From Fidelibacterota bacterium (lineage in GTDB: Bacteria > Fidelibacterota > Marinisomatia > Marinisomatales > TCS55): DNA of 42,399 nt. The notes under the pieces were generated by a model. The model ran no database searches. It had not been told where the DNA came from and saw only the letters and a program-made list of their open reading frames with translations. Position 1 is the stretch's first letter; every line of letters begins with the position of its first letter. The stretch spans positions 1 to 42,399 of the forward strand of contig JAPNQO010000041.1 in NCBI GenBank assembly GCA_027251445.1. The letters run 5' to 3'. Below are positions 11,901 through 20,381 of this stretch, piece after piece. A program made the translations under genes and the position numbers.

Positions 11901-14564
11901 TGGGAACTAGATTTAAAGGGAAATCTTACAGATGGCACTCGATATAAAATTACATTTGATGGAAATGATAGGGCTGGAAATAAAGTTAAATTTACGCCTA
12001 TTAGCAATGTTCTTTATGATATTAATCCTCCAATTGTAATTGTGGAATATCCATTAGATAATGGATATTTTAATGCTCCAAAGTTTACTTATTCAACAAA
12101 CGAACAACTTAAAGATGCAATTATTACAATATCCCATATAAGCGGGCCTGATGATATAAATAGCCCACACACTTTAGATATTCCATCTACATATCGATTT
12201 GAAGGATTTTATCAAGAAGTAAATTTTGAAGATAAGATACAACTTGTAGATGGAGCTTCTTATGAAATATCGATCATTGCAACAGATATGGCAAAAAACA
12301 CTGCAGAAACAATAATTATATCTAATGTAACATTTGATATTACTCCACCTATATTATCAGTTATTGCTCCAATAGAGAATAGTTACTATCTAGATTTTTT
12401 GTTCAATTACAATATATCTGAACCTTTATCTTTTGGAAGAGTAAATGTTCAAAGAGTTCGTGGTATGTATGATGCAGATAGTCCACATATTATAGAATTA
12501 GTTAATGAGCAGCTATCAATATTAGAAAATAATATGATAGACTTGGATCAACAGCTTCCATTAAAAAGTGGTGCCGGATATGATATAGAAATCTCGATAT
12601 TAGATAGAGCAGGTAATTCAAGCGATGAACAAATATTAATAGAAAATGTAACATATGATACAATCCCGCCAGTAATTGCTGTCTTGGCACCAAGTTTAGA
12701 TGATTATATCAATTATAAAGGTGTTTCTTATTCTACGAATGAATCATTACGTGAATTGGAGTTAATATGGACTAGAGTAGGAGGAACACCAGATTCGGAT
12801 TCTCCACATTCTGCTTACTTACCTAAGGAGTATCTACCGCAAGGAAGATATGAGAATATTCGTTTGGAAGACAGTCTCGCTTTATTAAATAATACGGAAT
12901 ATAGTTTATCTATAATTGCTACAGATCTTGGAGGAAATAAGAGGAGTAAAGTTATCAATAAAGTAATATATGATGATTTAGTACCTGAATTCACTATTAC
13001 TCAACCACAATCAGGAAGTTTTATTAATACATCTGCATTATCGTATAATTTGAGTGAAAAATTAATTGAAGGTGCAATTATTTGGGAACCAGTAGATTTA
13101 TCAGGAGGGAGTCCAATTAAGGTTATTCTCAAAGAGAGTGAAATGAATTCAGGATCATTTAATGAAATAATATTTGAGAATCAGCCTGGGTTAATAGATG
13201 GTTTATTGTATAACTTATCTATTGATGCTTATGATAGAGCAGAAAACAGACTCTCTATCTTATTAAGTGATAGTGTTACCTATGATATAACACCACCTGA
13301 TTTTACTGATATAGCGCCTGAAGCAGGGAGCTATGTAAACTCAGCAATAGTAAAATTCACAAATACAGAACAACTTTTTAGTGCTGCAGTTATTTGGGAA
13401 AGAATTGATGGAGAAGTAGATAATAATTCCCCTCATACAATTGATATACCTTCAGAATATTTTGCAGTGGGCCCACAAGAAACTTCGAATATTACCACTC
13501 CTGATTTAATTAATGGGACAGTATATAGGTTGACATTAAATGGAAGAGATTTAGCAGGTAATGTATCAGGTGTTGTGTATCATAATATGAATTATGATAC
13601 TGAAAATCCAGAACTTAGAATTATTTACCCCCTAGAGCAGCCTGCGATAAATAATACAGATATAGGTTATGTGTTATCAGAGCAACTAGGTTTTGCAACT
13701 TTAAAATATACGTGGCTTGAAGGCGCTGAAGATGGAAATAGTCCTCACATAATAAATTTAGATGCAAGGAGTTTGCCAGAAGGTGAAACAAATAAATATC
13801 CATTAAGTCCTGCTCCATTTTTAGTTGATGGGTCTAAATATAAAATAGAATTTGAAGGTGTTGATCGTGCTGGTAATAAAAGTAATATTTCAATTAGAGA
13901 ATCCATATTGTATGATATTACTAAACCAATATTATCTATGAGTGTGCCTACTGATGGGCTTGTAAGTATAGGTAAAGAAATAAGCTATAGTGTATCAGAA
14001 GATTTAGATAAATCTATGGTTGTATGGAATAGTGTAGGCGGTAATAATGATGTAAACTCCCCTCACAATATAGAATTATTAGATGCTGAAAAGATGAAAG
14101 GCGATTATGATTTAGTAATATTAAACAATACATATGAATTATTATCAAGCACAACTTATAACGTATCTATAAGCGGTACAGATCCCGCTGGAAATGAAAG
14201 CGAACCATTTGTAATAAAAAATGTGGATTATGTGAGAAAAATCGATGGACAATGGATATTTAAAGGAGCTGTAATTACGGTAGTTTGGAACTTTACGACT
14301 ACAAGTGGAGATGATGGTTTGACAGGTGATTTTGAACAATGGATTCAAATGGGTGCTAAGGTAAGTAATCGAGAAAAAGGAACATTTTCTATTGATTATT
14401 CAGTAAAGCCTTGGTCATTAGATTGGACAATGACTTCATCTGGAATTAGACGTATTAGTTTGTTTAATTTTGGCGATAATGAAACCTTAAATGTTATAAC
14501 CGGCGAATCAAAACCGGAGGATTGGGAAGATGGGCAAATAATGCAATATAAATATAACCAATAA
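5979..14564 (+). CDS. Giant secreted/surface protein (2861 aa) with ~24 tandem bacterial Ig-like repeats
   Basis: N-terminal signal-like segment; recurring ~105-aa unit YDITPP...Y.LSE.L..G...W....G..D..SPH...L...E...G...L.DG..Y.....G.D.AGN; distinct N- and C-terminal domains. Confidence 0.85.
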   Translation: MNLLIPRWVLYTFFISFILNANENVVQTLYYVNEFDFTTGHPTPKSEINYKPHIRVEYDSLDRIISKANFNRRNIIITKESFSYEYDSDDPIEKRNYEGDDRLVRKTIFGLRGKAPDYISYVYGMDSLKTWKDDVFTVVNYNEFEKPYLFQLFDVNAVGYANALLDYNEQGWLTRQVWKRLPDGKEMRLWNYNFDPETNLTRIMEFDSTKTLVMDILLNPDSLEAVYDPIFPIDSGYVNSTVISFELLDSLHIGYITWRWVGGTPDLDSTHIFKIPDSLYHKRLYDKYDLMLDDYLIDGAKYNIEFTGKSAFDFEIIKEVIPYVTYDITPPTISIGSKPAINKPEFYFTTDEPLSQGYIEWIPFPSTSQQDTLHLVNMNDNELKLGLKQYIVLENQTPLLDSAKYNLHFTAYDRARNQSFFQAEELILYDISPPLVYMYYPLSNTYVNHLEVQVEASELLASGQIILTDLSGVRDTLSPHIYQLPKKELELGLHAALLDEALPIMDTTTYSFKYIGIDPAGNISEPAIREPIYYDISPPIYTQIFPTVGSHVNNPRLSFIVSEDLAAGEFTWAYREGLKDTSAPHVIALITNERKGDTRTNWMLKNQTDLVDGTVYDLIFIGQDLAGNQTGFITTPNITYDITLPVFSILDPIEGAYANYLSISYELSEPLKDGSITWTALNGAKDPQSPRIISMELDEMVEGISSNILLNNMTSLIDSVTYSIEMQGTDLATNVGIPFKVSEVQYDFSPPIILLTYPTENTYQSKTFLNYQLSEDLLYGQVSWIRLYTRGVKPDTVILQGPELIAGINDTITFVGMKKLIDGASYDLVFDGYDLAKNDAISQRINNVTYDFTPPEIELQYPQTLSSVNNINISYTLSEFLLEGTATWKWVDGVLDTKENIQILEPYEREAGEKNFIIIQNEPELVDGAYYDLILAGKDRAGNLSNKAVAKNIKYDITPPVISINNPTPNIFITSTKIEYDFSEDMEKAVVKFEYSGGDYDLGSPHIFNIEGENLKIGSHFIEPEFIPELMEGTQYTLSINGEDLAGNPADPAVVLSVVYDAYPPVLALNSPLPNSYINNSKISYSINESLLEASLVWEATGGAYDPNSPHRINLNEDEKKKGAYLDTVLISQTKLQDSTVYKVTFFGRDPAGNESNLIINDNVTFDISSPIITIIDPGNNHYTPGTNINYSTSEDLLSAKIIYVGTSGDKKRLNTEIVITPEGLLAGIHNSDDYNKADLRDSATYMIGFEARDLAGNYARPVGLYNYHVDRTLPIISILSPKSNSYSNYPLFEYFLSEDIYYGKVTFFEQTDSLSLLPKIEFELDSTEFSIGIHGLDTLVNQLPLKDSTLYSIEVKVYDIAKNWNDTTIISDFYYDITSPSVSIIDPIDSSFINTNAVSISNSEELLSADMYWVNIEGDAVSTRIREGDLVSGENRLVMYPTSLNENTHYDLFIIGKDLAGNSFQTDITNGIIYDITTPIITLNKPTEGGYINTRALSYDLSEPLIQANVIWEIKTGVDTLSPHRAELKSEELTSGNHDSTFFSYIPDLIDGEWYGITMAGVDRAGNQSEVVTISRAKYDFTYPIFYDLKPDANQWIRKLDLAYTLSEDLIFGRIVFRHVGGEPDPDGEYLVRLEGSRLKAGPGGGELPRSLVRLVSGGIYSITYTGRDSANNFVSEFIIPNVRFDNIKPFIVLTEPSATQTVFDSYKWPYTNSEKVSFTLSEDLKEASLTIVNTGGKTDPRSPIEIQLTKNEMIEGSFIDSILFNSVNLIDSAIYTYSLNGIDSAGNIADGFTTSNIHYDITKPNIDLILPPENGALNAPLLSYDFSEIMLNASLIITQTGGQPDSLSPHNVEVVMYELAEGNADSVIITNSPQLTDGSIYNYEFRGQDLAKNSSNIIVSNNVLFDTTVPVVSMSRPIDSEILNTVDVSFLNSENIHVGDFIFTRTSGTSDPGSPHRISVLNDGLLEGMHTDWELDLKGNLTDGTRYKITFDGNDRAGNKVKFTPISNVLYDINPPIVIVEYPLDNGYFNAPKFTYSTNEQLKDAIITISHISGPDDINSPHTLDIPSTYRFEGFYQEVNFEDKIQLVDGASYEISIIATDMAKNTAETIIISNVTFDITPPILSVIAPIENSYYLDFLFNYNISEPLSFGRVNVQRVRGMYDADSPHIIELVNEQLSILENNMIDLDQQLPLKSGAGYDIEISILDRAGNSSDEQILIENVTYDTIPPVIAVLAPSLDDYINYKGVSYSTNESLRELELIWTRVGGTPDSDSPHSAYLPKEYLPQGRYENIRLEDSLALLNNTEYSLSIIATDLGGNKRSKVINKVIYDDLVPEFTITQPQSGSFINTSALSYNLSEKLIEGAIIWEPVDLSGGSPIKVILKESEMNSGSFNEIIFENQPGLIDGLLYNLSIDAYDRAENRLSILLSDSVTYDITPPDFTDIAPEAGSYVNSAIVKFTNTEQLFSAAVIWERIDGEVDNNSPHTIDIPSEYFAVGPQETSNITTPDLINGTVYRLTLNGRDLAGNVSGVVYHNMNYDTENPELRIIYPLEQPAINNTDIGYVLSEQLGFATLKYTWLEGAEDGNSPHIINLDARSLPEGETNKYPLSPAPFLVDGSKYKIEFEGVDRAGNKSNISIRESILYDITKPILSMSVPTDGLVSIGKEISYSVSEDLDKSMVVWNSVGGNNDVNSPHNIELLDAEKMKGDYDLVILNNTYELLSSTTYNVSISGTDPAGNESEPFVIKNVDYVRKIDGQWIFKGAVITVVWNFTTTSGDDGLTGDFEQWIQMGAKVSNREKGTFSIDYSVKPWSLDWTMTSSGIRRISLFNFGDNETLNVITGESKPEDWEDGQIMQYKYNQ

Positions 14565-14584
14565 TTTATCATGATTGTTTGACG

Positions 14585-14613
14585 TTGGAGATCCAATAGA
14601 TGCACACTAAATT
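14585..14613 (+). promoter_or_regulatory. Putative sigma70-type promoter
   Basis: TTGGAG-17 nt-TAAATT followed by GC-rich CGCCG, upstream of the 14655 gene and two tRNA-Ser genes. Confidence 0.5.
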
Positions 14614-14654
14614 CGCCGACGATATTTAAACAATTTTATCTTAGGAATTAATAT

Positions 14655-15038
14655 ATGGCTAAACAACAATCATTTGCAGACAAAGCCTCGAAAAAAAAAG
14701 GAAAGAGTCTTGGTACGTTTGTTAAATATATCAAAAGTGTATTATCTGAAAAAACTGGTCATTGGCGGTTTAATGAGCAAATAGTTAATATTAAAGATGG
14801 TGAAAATCTTGATAGTGCTTTAAAGCGAATTGAAGAAGAAAAACAAGCATTAGATATTGAGATGCCTACAGATAATGTAGAAGAAGCACCAGCGGAAGAA
14901 GAAGCACCAGCAGAAGAAGAAGCACCAGCAGAAGAAGAAGCACCAGCGGAAGAAGAAGCACCAGCGGAAGAAGAAGCACCAGCGGAGAAAGAGCAGAAGA
15001 AAACTAAAAATTCTGATTCAAATACTAATGAGTCTTAA
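14655..15038 (+). CDS. DUF4295/bL38-like small basic domain with acidic EEEAPA-repeat tail
   Basis: N-terminal MAKQQSFADK...VKYIKSVLSEKTGHWRFNEQIV resembles by eye Bacteroidota DUF4295 (K.IK.VKS.KTG.Y.F.E); followed by a repeat tail. Confidence 0.6.
   Translation: MAKQQSFADKASKKKGKSLGTFVKYIKSVLSEKTGHWRFNEQIVNIKDGENLDSALKRIEEEKQALDIEMPTDNVEEAPAEEEAPAEEEAPAEEEAPAEEEAPAEEEAPAEKEQKKTKNSDSNTNES
14880..14984 (+). repeat. 18-bp tandem repeat GAAGAAGAAGCACCAGC(G/A), ~6 copies, encoding EEEAPA
   Basis: Directly visible; the first copy lacks one GAA, and copies differ only at the last GCG/GCA wobble position. Confidence 0.95.
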
Positions 15039-15079
15039 CTTATTTATTGCTTTATATTAAATTTAAAACAACAATATTT

Positions 15080-15166
15080 GGAGAGGTGTCCGAGTGGCTT
15101 AAGGAGCACGCTTGGAAAGCGTGTGTGCGTTTACGCGTACCGTGGGTTCGAATCCCACTCTCTCCG
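15080..15166 (+). tRNA. tRNA-Ser(GGA)
   Basis: Acceptor GGAGAGG/CTCTCC-G, anticodon arm CACGC-TTGGAAA-GCGTG, long variable arm, GTTCGAATC T-loop. Confidence 0.96.
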
Positions 15167-15181
15167 CGGATTTTGAATTTT

Positions 15182-15266
15182 GGAGGGGTGGCAGAGCGGC
15201 TTAATGCGGCGGTCTTGAAAACCGTTGACCTGCGAGGGTCCGGGGGTTCGAATCCCTCCCCCTCCG
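15182..15266 (+). tRNA. tRNA-Ser(TGA)
   Basis: Acceptor GGAGGGG/CCCCTCC-G, anticodon arm GCGGT-CTTGAAA-ACCGT, long variable arm, GTTCGAATC. Confidence 0.96.
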
Positions 15267-15293
15267 CGTTATTAATATTATTATATTAATCTA

Positions 15294-16727
15294 ATGAACA
15301 AATTACCTTGTGTACGTTTTGCTCCTAGTCCAACTGGAAAACTTCATCTTGGGGGAGCCCGAACAGCACTTTTTAACTGGTTATTTGCAAATCATCATGG
15401 AGGGAAATTCTTCCTTCGCATAGAAGACACTGATACAGAAAGATCAAAAAAAGAATATACTGATCAAATTCTTCGTTCTTTGAAGTGGCTTGGTTTAAAC
15501 TGGTCAGAACCAGTGTTATTCCAATCTGAAAGAAGTCCTATATATAAGGAAGAAATACAAAAATTACTTGATAATGGTGGTGCCTATAGATGTTTTCTTA
15601 CAAAAGAAGAATTAGAACTTGCCCGAGATAAAGCAAAAAAAGATGGTGGGGAATTTCGAGTTCCAAAAACATATAGAAATAAATCTTTAGATGAACAGAA
15701 ATCTCTATTAAATGCTGGGCAATCTTTTACAATAAGGTTAAAAATACCTACTAAAGGAAGTACATCTTTTGTAGATAAAGTATATGGAAAAATTAAGATT
15801 GATAATAAAGAAATAGATGATTTCATTATAGTGCGATCTGACGGTACTCCAACTTATAATTTTACAGTAGTAGTTGATGATAATGATATGAGTATTAATC
15901 ATGTTATTAGAGGAGAAGATCATATTTCTAATACACCAAAGCAAATTTTAATATATAATGCCCTTAATTATACAGTTCCAAATTTTGCTCATTTACCTAT
16001 GATACTTGGTCCTGATAAAAAACGTCTGAGTAAACGTCATGGGGCTGCAGGTATCGAAGATTTTAAAATCCAAGGATATTCAGTTGATGCACTTCTTAAC
16101 TATATTGTTATGTTAGGATGGAATCCTGGTTCAGAAGATGAATTATTTTCTTTAGACGATATGATTTCAAAATTTGATATAAATAAAATACAGAAAAAAG
16201 GTGCTGTCTATGATGAAAAAAAACTTCATTGGGTAGCAGGGCAGCATATGCTTATGAAGTCTGAAAAAAGTTTATTGCATGAGATACGTAAGGAAAATCC
16301 TAATTGGCAAAAGCACTCTAAAGATTCTTATATTTGCAATGTATTAGCTTTAATGAAAATAAGAGCTAAAACACTAATAGAATTAAAAGATGCATGTATT
16401 TATTTTTTTTCTGATCCAGAGAAATATGATGAAAAAGCAATCTTAAAACGTTGGAAAGATAAATCTGTTAATAAATTAATTATTAATTTTATCAATCGAT
16501 TAGAAGAACTTACTAGCTGGTCACAAATGGAAATAGATCAAGCTCTTCGAGATACTTCTCAAGATATGGCAGTATCAGCTGCAAAATTAATTCACCCAGT
16601 TCGTTTAGCAGTATCAGGAAGATCGTATGGCCCTGGTTTGTTTGAATTACTTGAGTTATTAGGTAAAATGACTACACTCAGAAGATTAAAAAAAGCAATA
16701 ACAATTTTTCCATTAAAAAATGTCTGA
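15294..16727 (+). CDS. gltX: Glutamate--tRNA ligase
   Basis: [28 protein letters not shown] and KRLSKRHG motifs. Confidence 0.97.
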   Translation: MNKLPCVRFAPSPTGKLHLGGARTALFNWLFANHHGGKFFLRIEDTDTERSKKEYTDQILRSLKWLGLNWSEPVLFQSERSPIYKEEIQKLLDNGGAYRCFLTKEELELARDKAKKDGGEFRVPKTYRNKSLDEQKSLLNAGQSFTIRLKIPTKGSTSFVDKVYGKIKIDNKEIDDFIIVRSDGTPTYNFTVVVDDNDMSINHVIRGEDHISNTPKQILIYNALNYTVPNFAHLPMILGPDKKRLSKRHGAAGIEDFKIQGYSVDALLNYIVMLGWNPGSEDELFSLDDMISKFDINKIQKKGAVYDEKKLHWVAGQHMLMKSEKSLLHEIRKENPNWQKHSKDSYICNVLALMKIRAKTLIELKDACIYFFSDPEKYDEKAILKRWKDKSVNKLIINFINRLEELTSWSQMEIDQALRDTSQDMAVSAAKLIHPVRLAVSGRSYGPGLFELLELLGKMTTLRRLKKAITIFPLKNV

Positions 16728-18378
16728 TAAACAACGAAATTTTATTCAACGTATTATTGATGAAGATAATTTATCAAATAAATATGATAAAAGAGTTCAT
16801 ACTAGGTTTCCCCCTGAACCAAATGGTTACTTACATATTGGTCACGCAAAAGCTATTTGCTTAAATTTTAATATTGCTGATGAATATGGAGGAAAATGCA
16901 ATCTAAGATTTGATGATACCAATCCTGTTTCAGAAGATATAGAATATGTAAATGCGATCAAAGATGATGTTGAATGGCTTGGGTATAATTGGGATGATAG
17001 GTTGTGTTTTGCCTCAGATTATTTTGAAAAGATGCATCAGTATGCAATACAACTGATTGAACAAGGAGATGCTTTTGTTTGCGACCTAACTAGTGATGAA
17101 ATTAGACAATCAAAGGGCAATTTAACAGAGCCTGGTAATGATAGCCCATATAGAAATCGAAGTATTTCAGAAAATATTGATCTCTTTTCTCGAATGACTG
17201 CAGGTGAGTTTCAAAATGGAGAAAGAACATTGCGAGCTAAAATAGATATGTCTCATCCTAATTTGAATATGCGAGATCCTGTGATGTATCGAATTATTCA
17301 TAAAAGTCATCATCGAACTAAAAATAATTGGTGTGTTTATCCGACTTATGATTGGGCGCATGGCCTTGAAGATTCTATTGAAAATATTACTCATTCATTA
17401 TGCTCTATTGAATTTGAAGATCATAGGCCTTTGTATGACTGGTATTTAGATAAGCTTAATGTTTATCACCCTCAGCAAATAGAATTTGCTCGATTAAATT
17501 TGGACTACACTGTAATGTCTAAAAGAAAATTAAAGAAACTAGTAGACGAAAAACATGTATCAGGTTGGGATGACCCTCGTATGCCTACCATATCTGGTAT
17601 GCGTAGAAGAGGTTATACGGCTCATGCAATAAGAGCTTTTATGGATGAGGTAGGTGTTGCAAAAAGAGATAATGTGATGGAGTTAGCAAAGCTTGAGCAT
17701 CATTTAAGACAACATTTAAACAAAGTTTCTCAAAGAAGAATGGCAGTCCTAAATCCCTTAAAAATTATAATTACTAATTATCCTAAAGATAGCTCAGAAA
17801 AAATAGAAGCAATTAATAACCCTGAAAATCCTGATGATGGTTTAAGAAATATTACATTTGGTTCTGAAATATATATTGAACAAAATGATTTTATGGAAGA
17901 TCCGCCTAAAAAGTTTTTTCGTCTTACGCTAGGACGTGAAGTGCGATTACGATATGCTTATTATATTACATGTAATAAAGTGATTAAGGATAAAGATGGA
18001 AACCCTATAGAATTACACTGTACGTATGATCCTGAAAGTAAGGGTGGCACACCTGATGGTCGTAAAGTAAAGGCAACTTTACACTGGGTAAATGCTCAGG
18101 ATTCCATTAAAGCAAAAGTTAATCTTTACGATCGGCTATTTTCAGAGCCAAATCCCGACTCTGTTGATGATTTTTTATCAGTTATAAATCAAACTTCTCT
18201 TGAAGTATTATCAAATTGTATGCTGGAAAGTTCTTTGTTGGATTTTTCTCCAAGTGAAACTGTACAATTTGAAAGATTAGGTTACTTTTGTTTAGATCTT
18301 AATTCATCAGAAGATCACCCAGTTTTTAATAGGACTGTTACCTTAAGAGATTCTTGGACAAAAATCGCAAAACAATAA
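16720..18378 (+). CDS. glnS: Glutamine--tRNA ligase
   Basis: [40 protein letters not shown] and QFERLGYF motifs; overlaps the gltX end. Confidence 0.97.
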   Translation: MSDKQRNFIQRIIDEDNLSNKYDKRVHTRFPPEPNGYLHIGHAKAICLNFNIADEYGGKCNLRFDDTNPVSEDIEYVNAIKDDVEWLGYNWDDRLCFASDYFEKMHQYAIQLIEQGDAFVCDLTSDEIRQSKGNLTEPGNDSPYRNRSISENIDLFSRMTAGEFQNGERTLRAKIDMSHPNLNMRDPVMYRIIHKSHHRTKNNWCVYPTYDWAHGLEDSIENITHSLCSIEFEDHRPLYDWYLDKLNVYHPQQIEFARLNLDYTVMSKRKLKKLVDEKHVSGWDDPRMPTISGMRRRGYTAHAIRAFMDEVGVAKRDNVMELAKLEHHLRQHLNKVSQRRMAVLNPLKIIITNYPKDSSEKIEAINNPENPDDGLRNITFGSEIYIEQNDFMEDPPKKFFRLTLGREVRLRYAYYITCNKVIKDKDGNPIELHCTYDPESKGGTPDGRKVKATLHWVNAQDSIKAKVNLYDRLFSEPNPDSVDDFLSVINQTSLEVLSNCMLESSLLDFSPSETVQFERLGYFCLDLNSSEDHPVFNRTVTLRDSWTKIAKQ

Positions 18379-18434
18379 AAGTAATTTTATAATTTTGATC
18401 TGGATATACTAATTCATTGCAACTAATTTATACC

Positions 18435-19748
18435 ATGCAGACAATAAAAAGACTATTCTGCAAGCTGAGCATAATGCTGATTATGTCAAATGTACTTTCA
18501 GCATCCCCTAAACTATATTTGTATCTACTACCATTTGAAAATATAAACAATGAACAAGTAATCGCATGGTTGGGATCTGGATTTACAGATATGTTAACGA
18601 AAGAATTAACATCAATAGATGGATTATTTCTTAGGAATCGTGATGATTTAGAAAATATAATGAATAATCGATCCTTATTACTAAAACAGCCTAGAGATTC
18701 AAGAAATATCCTTGCCTTAGGTAAATTTTCACGAAAAATGGATGAAATCACTGTTGATATGCAGTTTATTGATATAGCTAATTGGGATGAATTAGATAAA
18801 AGGGAAATTATAGGTAGCTATAATAATGTACCTCAATTAAATAATGAATTAACTGAAGTTGTAAAAACAGTCTGTACACCGTATCTACCAATAAAAAGAA
18901 CTACAAAAAAAATATATCCAGACTTTACGAAGCCACAAGCTTCTGCCATACCAAAAACATTTGGTGAACGAGGAGCTGTTATTACATCATCTATTGATGA
19001 TGCGATAGCTGAGTTGGAAAAATCAATGGATTTTGTTATTGGAGCCAGAGGAAAGCCTGTAAAAGATAAAATTAAGGAACCTATACCAGAGGGTGAGTGG
19101 GTGGTAGATATTGATAACCGACCATTTAATGAGCCTCTTCCTGAGAATAAGAATAATACGGTACTTCTTAATCAAGTTTTAGATAATCTAATGGATAAGC
19201 CATATGAGGTATATCTAAATAAACCTACTTATGAATATGATAAAGAAAAAGATGAAGATATGATAACAGTTAGCTTACGAGTTGACTATGGAATAAAAGG
19301 AGATATTATTAATGATATGTTAACTTCTTTACCATATTCTGGTTTAAAGCAGGATGGTACATTAACAATTGTTCATTTTGATCGAGAAAATTTCAATTTT
19401 GATTCTGAATTTCAAAAAAATATCTCCATAGGTAATTATCGTTCTGTACCCTTAATTCGTTTTTATGATAAAGATGGTATTGTAATGGCGATAATATTAG
19501 ATACTCCAGAATCTAGATGGTACAGTCTTAGTTCAAATAAAATTCATTTTATTCCATTACATCAATTTTCACCTTTAGTTGATTTCACTATGGGAGGATG
19601 GTCTCTCCAAGTTGCTCTTGAAGATGTAGATATAAATGCTAATTATAAATTAAAAATGTCCATAGAAGAAGTAGATCGTATTGGAAGAGTTAGTTTAAAA
19701 TTCATTCCTGAAGCAGAATTAGGAGCAATTATTTTTCCTCATCTTTAA
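18435..19748 (+). CDS. Secreted hypothetical protein with N-terminal TolB-N/CsgG/FlgO-like domain
   Basis: Signal-peptide-like start (ATG 18435 preferred over TTG 18417); LLPFEN...WLGSGFTDML..EL pattern. Confidence 0.55.
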   Translation: MQTIKRLFCKLSIMLIMSNVLSASPKLYLYLLPFENINNEQVIAWLGSGFTDMLTKELTSIDGLFLRNRDDLENIMNNRSLLLKQPRDSRNILALGKFSRKMDEITVDMQFIDIANWDELDKREIIGSYNNVPQLNNELTEVVKTVCTPYLPIKRTTKKIYPDFTKPQASAIPKTFGERGAVITSSIDDAIAELEKSMDFVIGARGKPVKDKIKEPIPEGEWVVDIDNRPFNEPLPENKNNTVLLNQVLDNLMDKPYEVYLNKPTYEYDKEKDEDMITVSLRVDYGIKGDIINDMLTSLPYSGLKQDGTLTIVHFDRENFNFDSEFQKNISIGNYRSVPLIRFYDKDGIVMAIILDTPESRWYSLSSNKIHFIPLHQFSPLVDFTMGGWSLQVALEDVDINANYKLKMSIEEVDRIGRVSLKFIPEAELGAIIFPHL

Positions 19749-19859
19749 TCTGTTTTTATTAATTTATATATAGTTGATGTAACTTAATGAGTAATTCATT
19801 CTTCTGATACGTAGAATTATAGACAAACAACCTCGATATATTTAATTGATTAATAAAAT

Positions 19860-20381
19860 ATGAAACGAATATTATACCTAATTCTTGTATTAATAGCCTT
19901 GCCTACATCATATGCACAGCAAAAACGTGAGATGATGCTTCCAGATTTATCAATTAAGCTTATTGACGGGAAACAAGATCGATTATCTTCATTGCTTGAA
20001 AATGGACCCATATTAGTGAATTTTTGGGCTACATGGTGTGCCCCATGTAAAAAGGAAATGATTTTTCTTGAAGAATTTCATAAAAAATACTCTGATCAAG
20101 GGTTTAGAGTATTAGCAATCAGTACTGATTCTCCAAAGAGTATGTCAAAAGTGAAAAGTTATATACGTGCAAAAAAGCATACTTTTCTAGTAGGTCTTGA
20201 CCCAAACCAAGAAGTTGCAAAAAAAATGAATGCTATGGTAATGCCAACTGTAGTGCTTATTGATAAAGATCGCAAAGTATCATGGTATCATCAGGGATTT
20301 ATTCCAGGAGATGAAAATGAGATAGAAGCTCAAATATTACAATTGCTTAATGCAGACCGTACTAAGGTAGGTGATAAGTGA
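19860..20381 (+). CDS. TlpA-family disulfide reductase (exported redoxin)
   Basis: Signal peptide, LVNFWATWCAPC motif, MPT cis-Pro loop; stop overlaps the next start (GTGA). Confidence 0.92.
   Translation: MKRILYLILVLIALPTSYAQQKREMMLPDLSIKLIDGKQDRLSSLLENGPILVNFWATWCAPCKKEMIFLEEFHKKYSDQGFRVLAISTDSPKSMSKVKSYIRAKKHTFLVGLDPNQEVAKKMNAMVMPTVVLIDKDRKVSWYHQGFIPGDENEIEAQILQLLNADRTKVGDK

Noticed and set aside
14880..14984. CRISPR-like repeat array
   Set aside because: No spacers; it is an in-frame coding tandem repeat and no cas genes are present.
15182..15266. tRNA with TGA in the anticodon loop as possible tRNA-Sec
   Set aside because: Anticodon UGA reads UCA (Ser). tRNA-Sec needs anticodon UCA and a longer acceptor stem; this is a normal 85-nt tRNA-Ser.
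15047..15289. 80-aa ORF
   Set aside because: It is a translation of the two tRNA-Ser genes.
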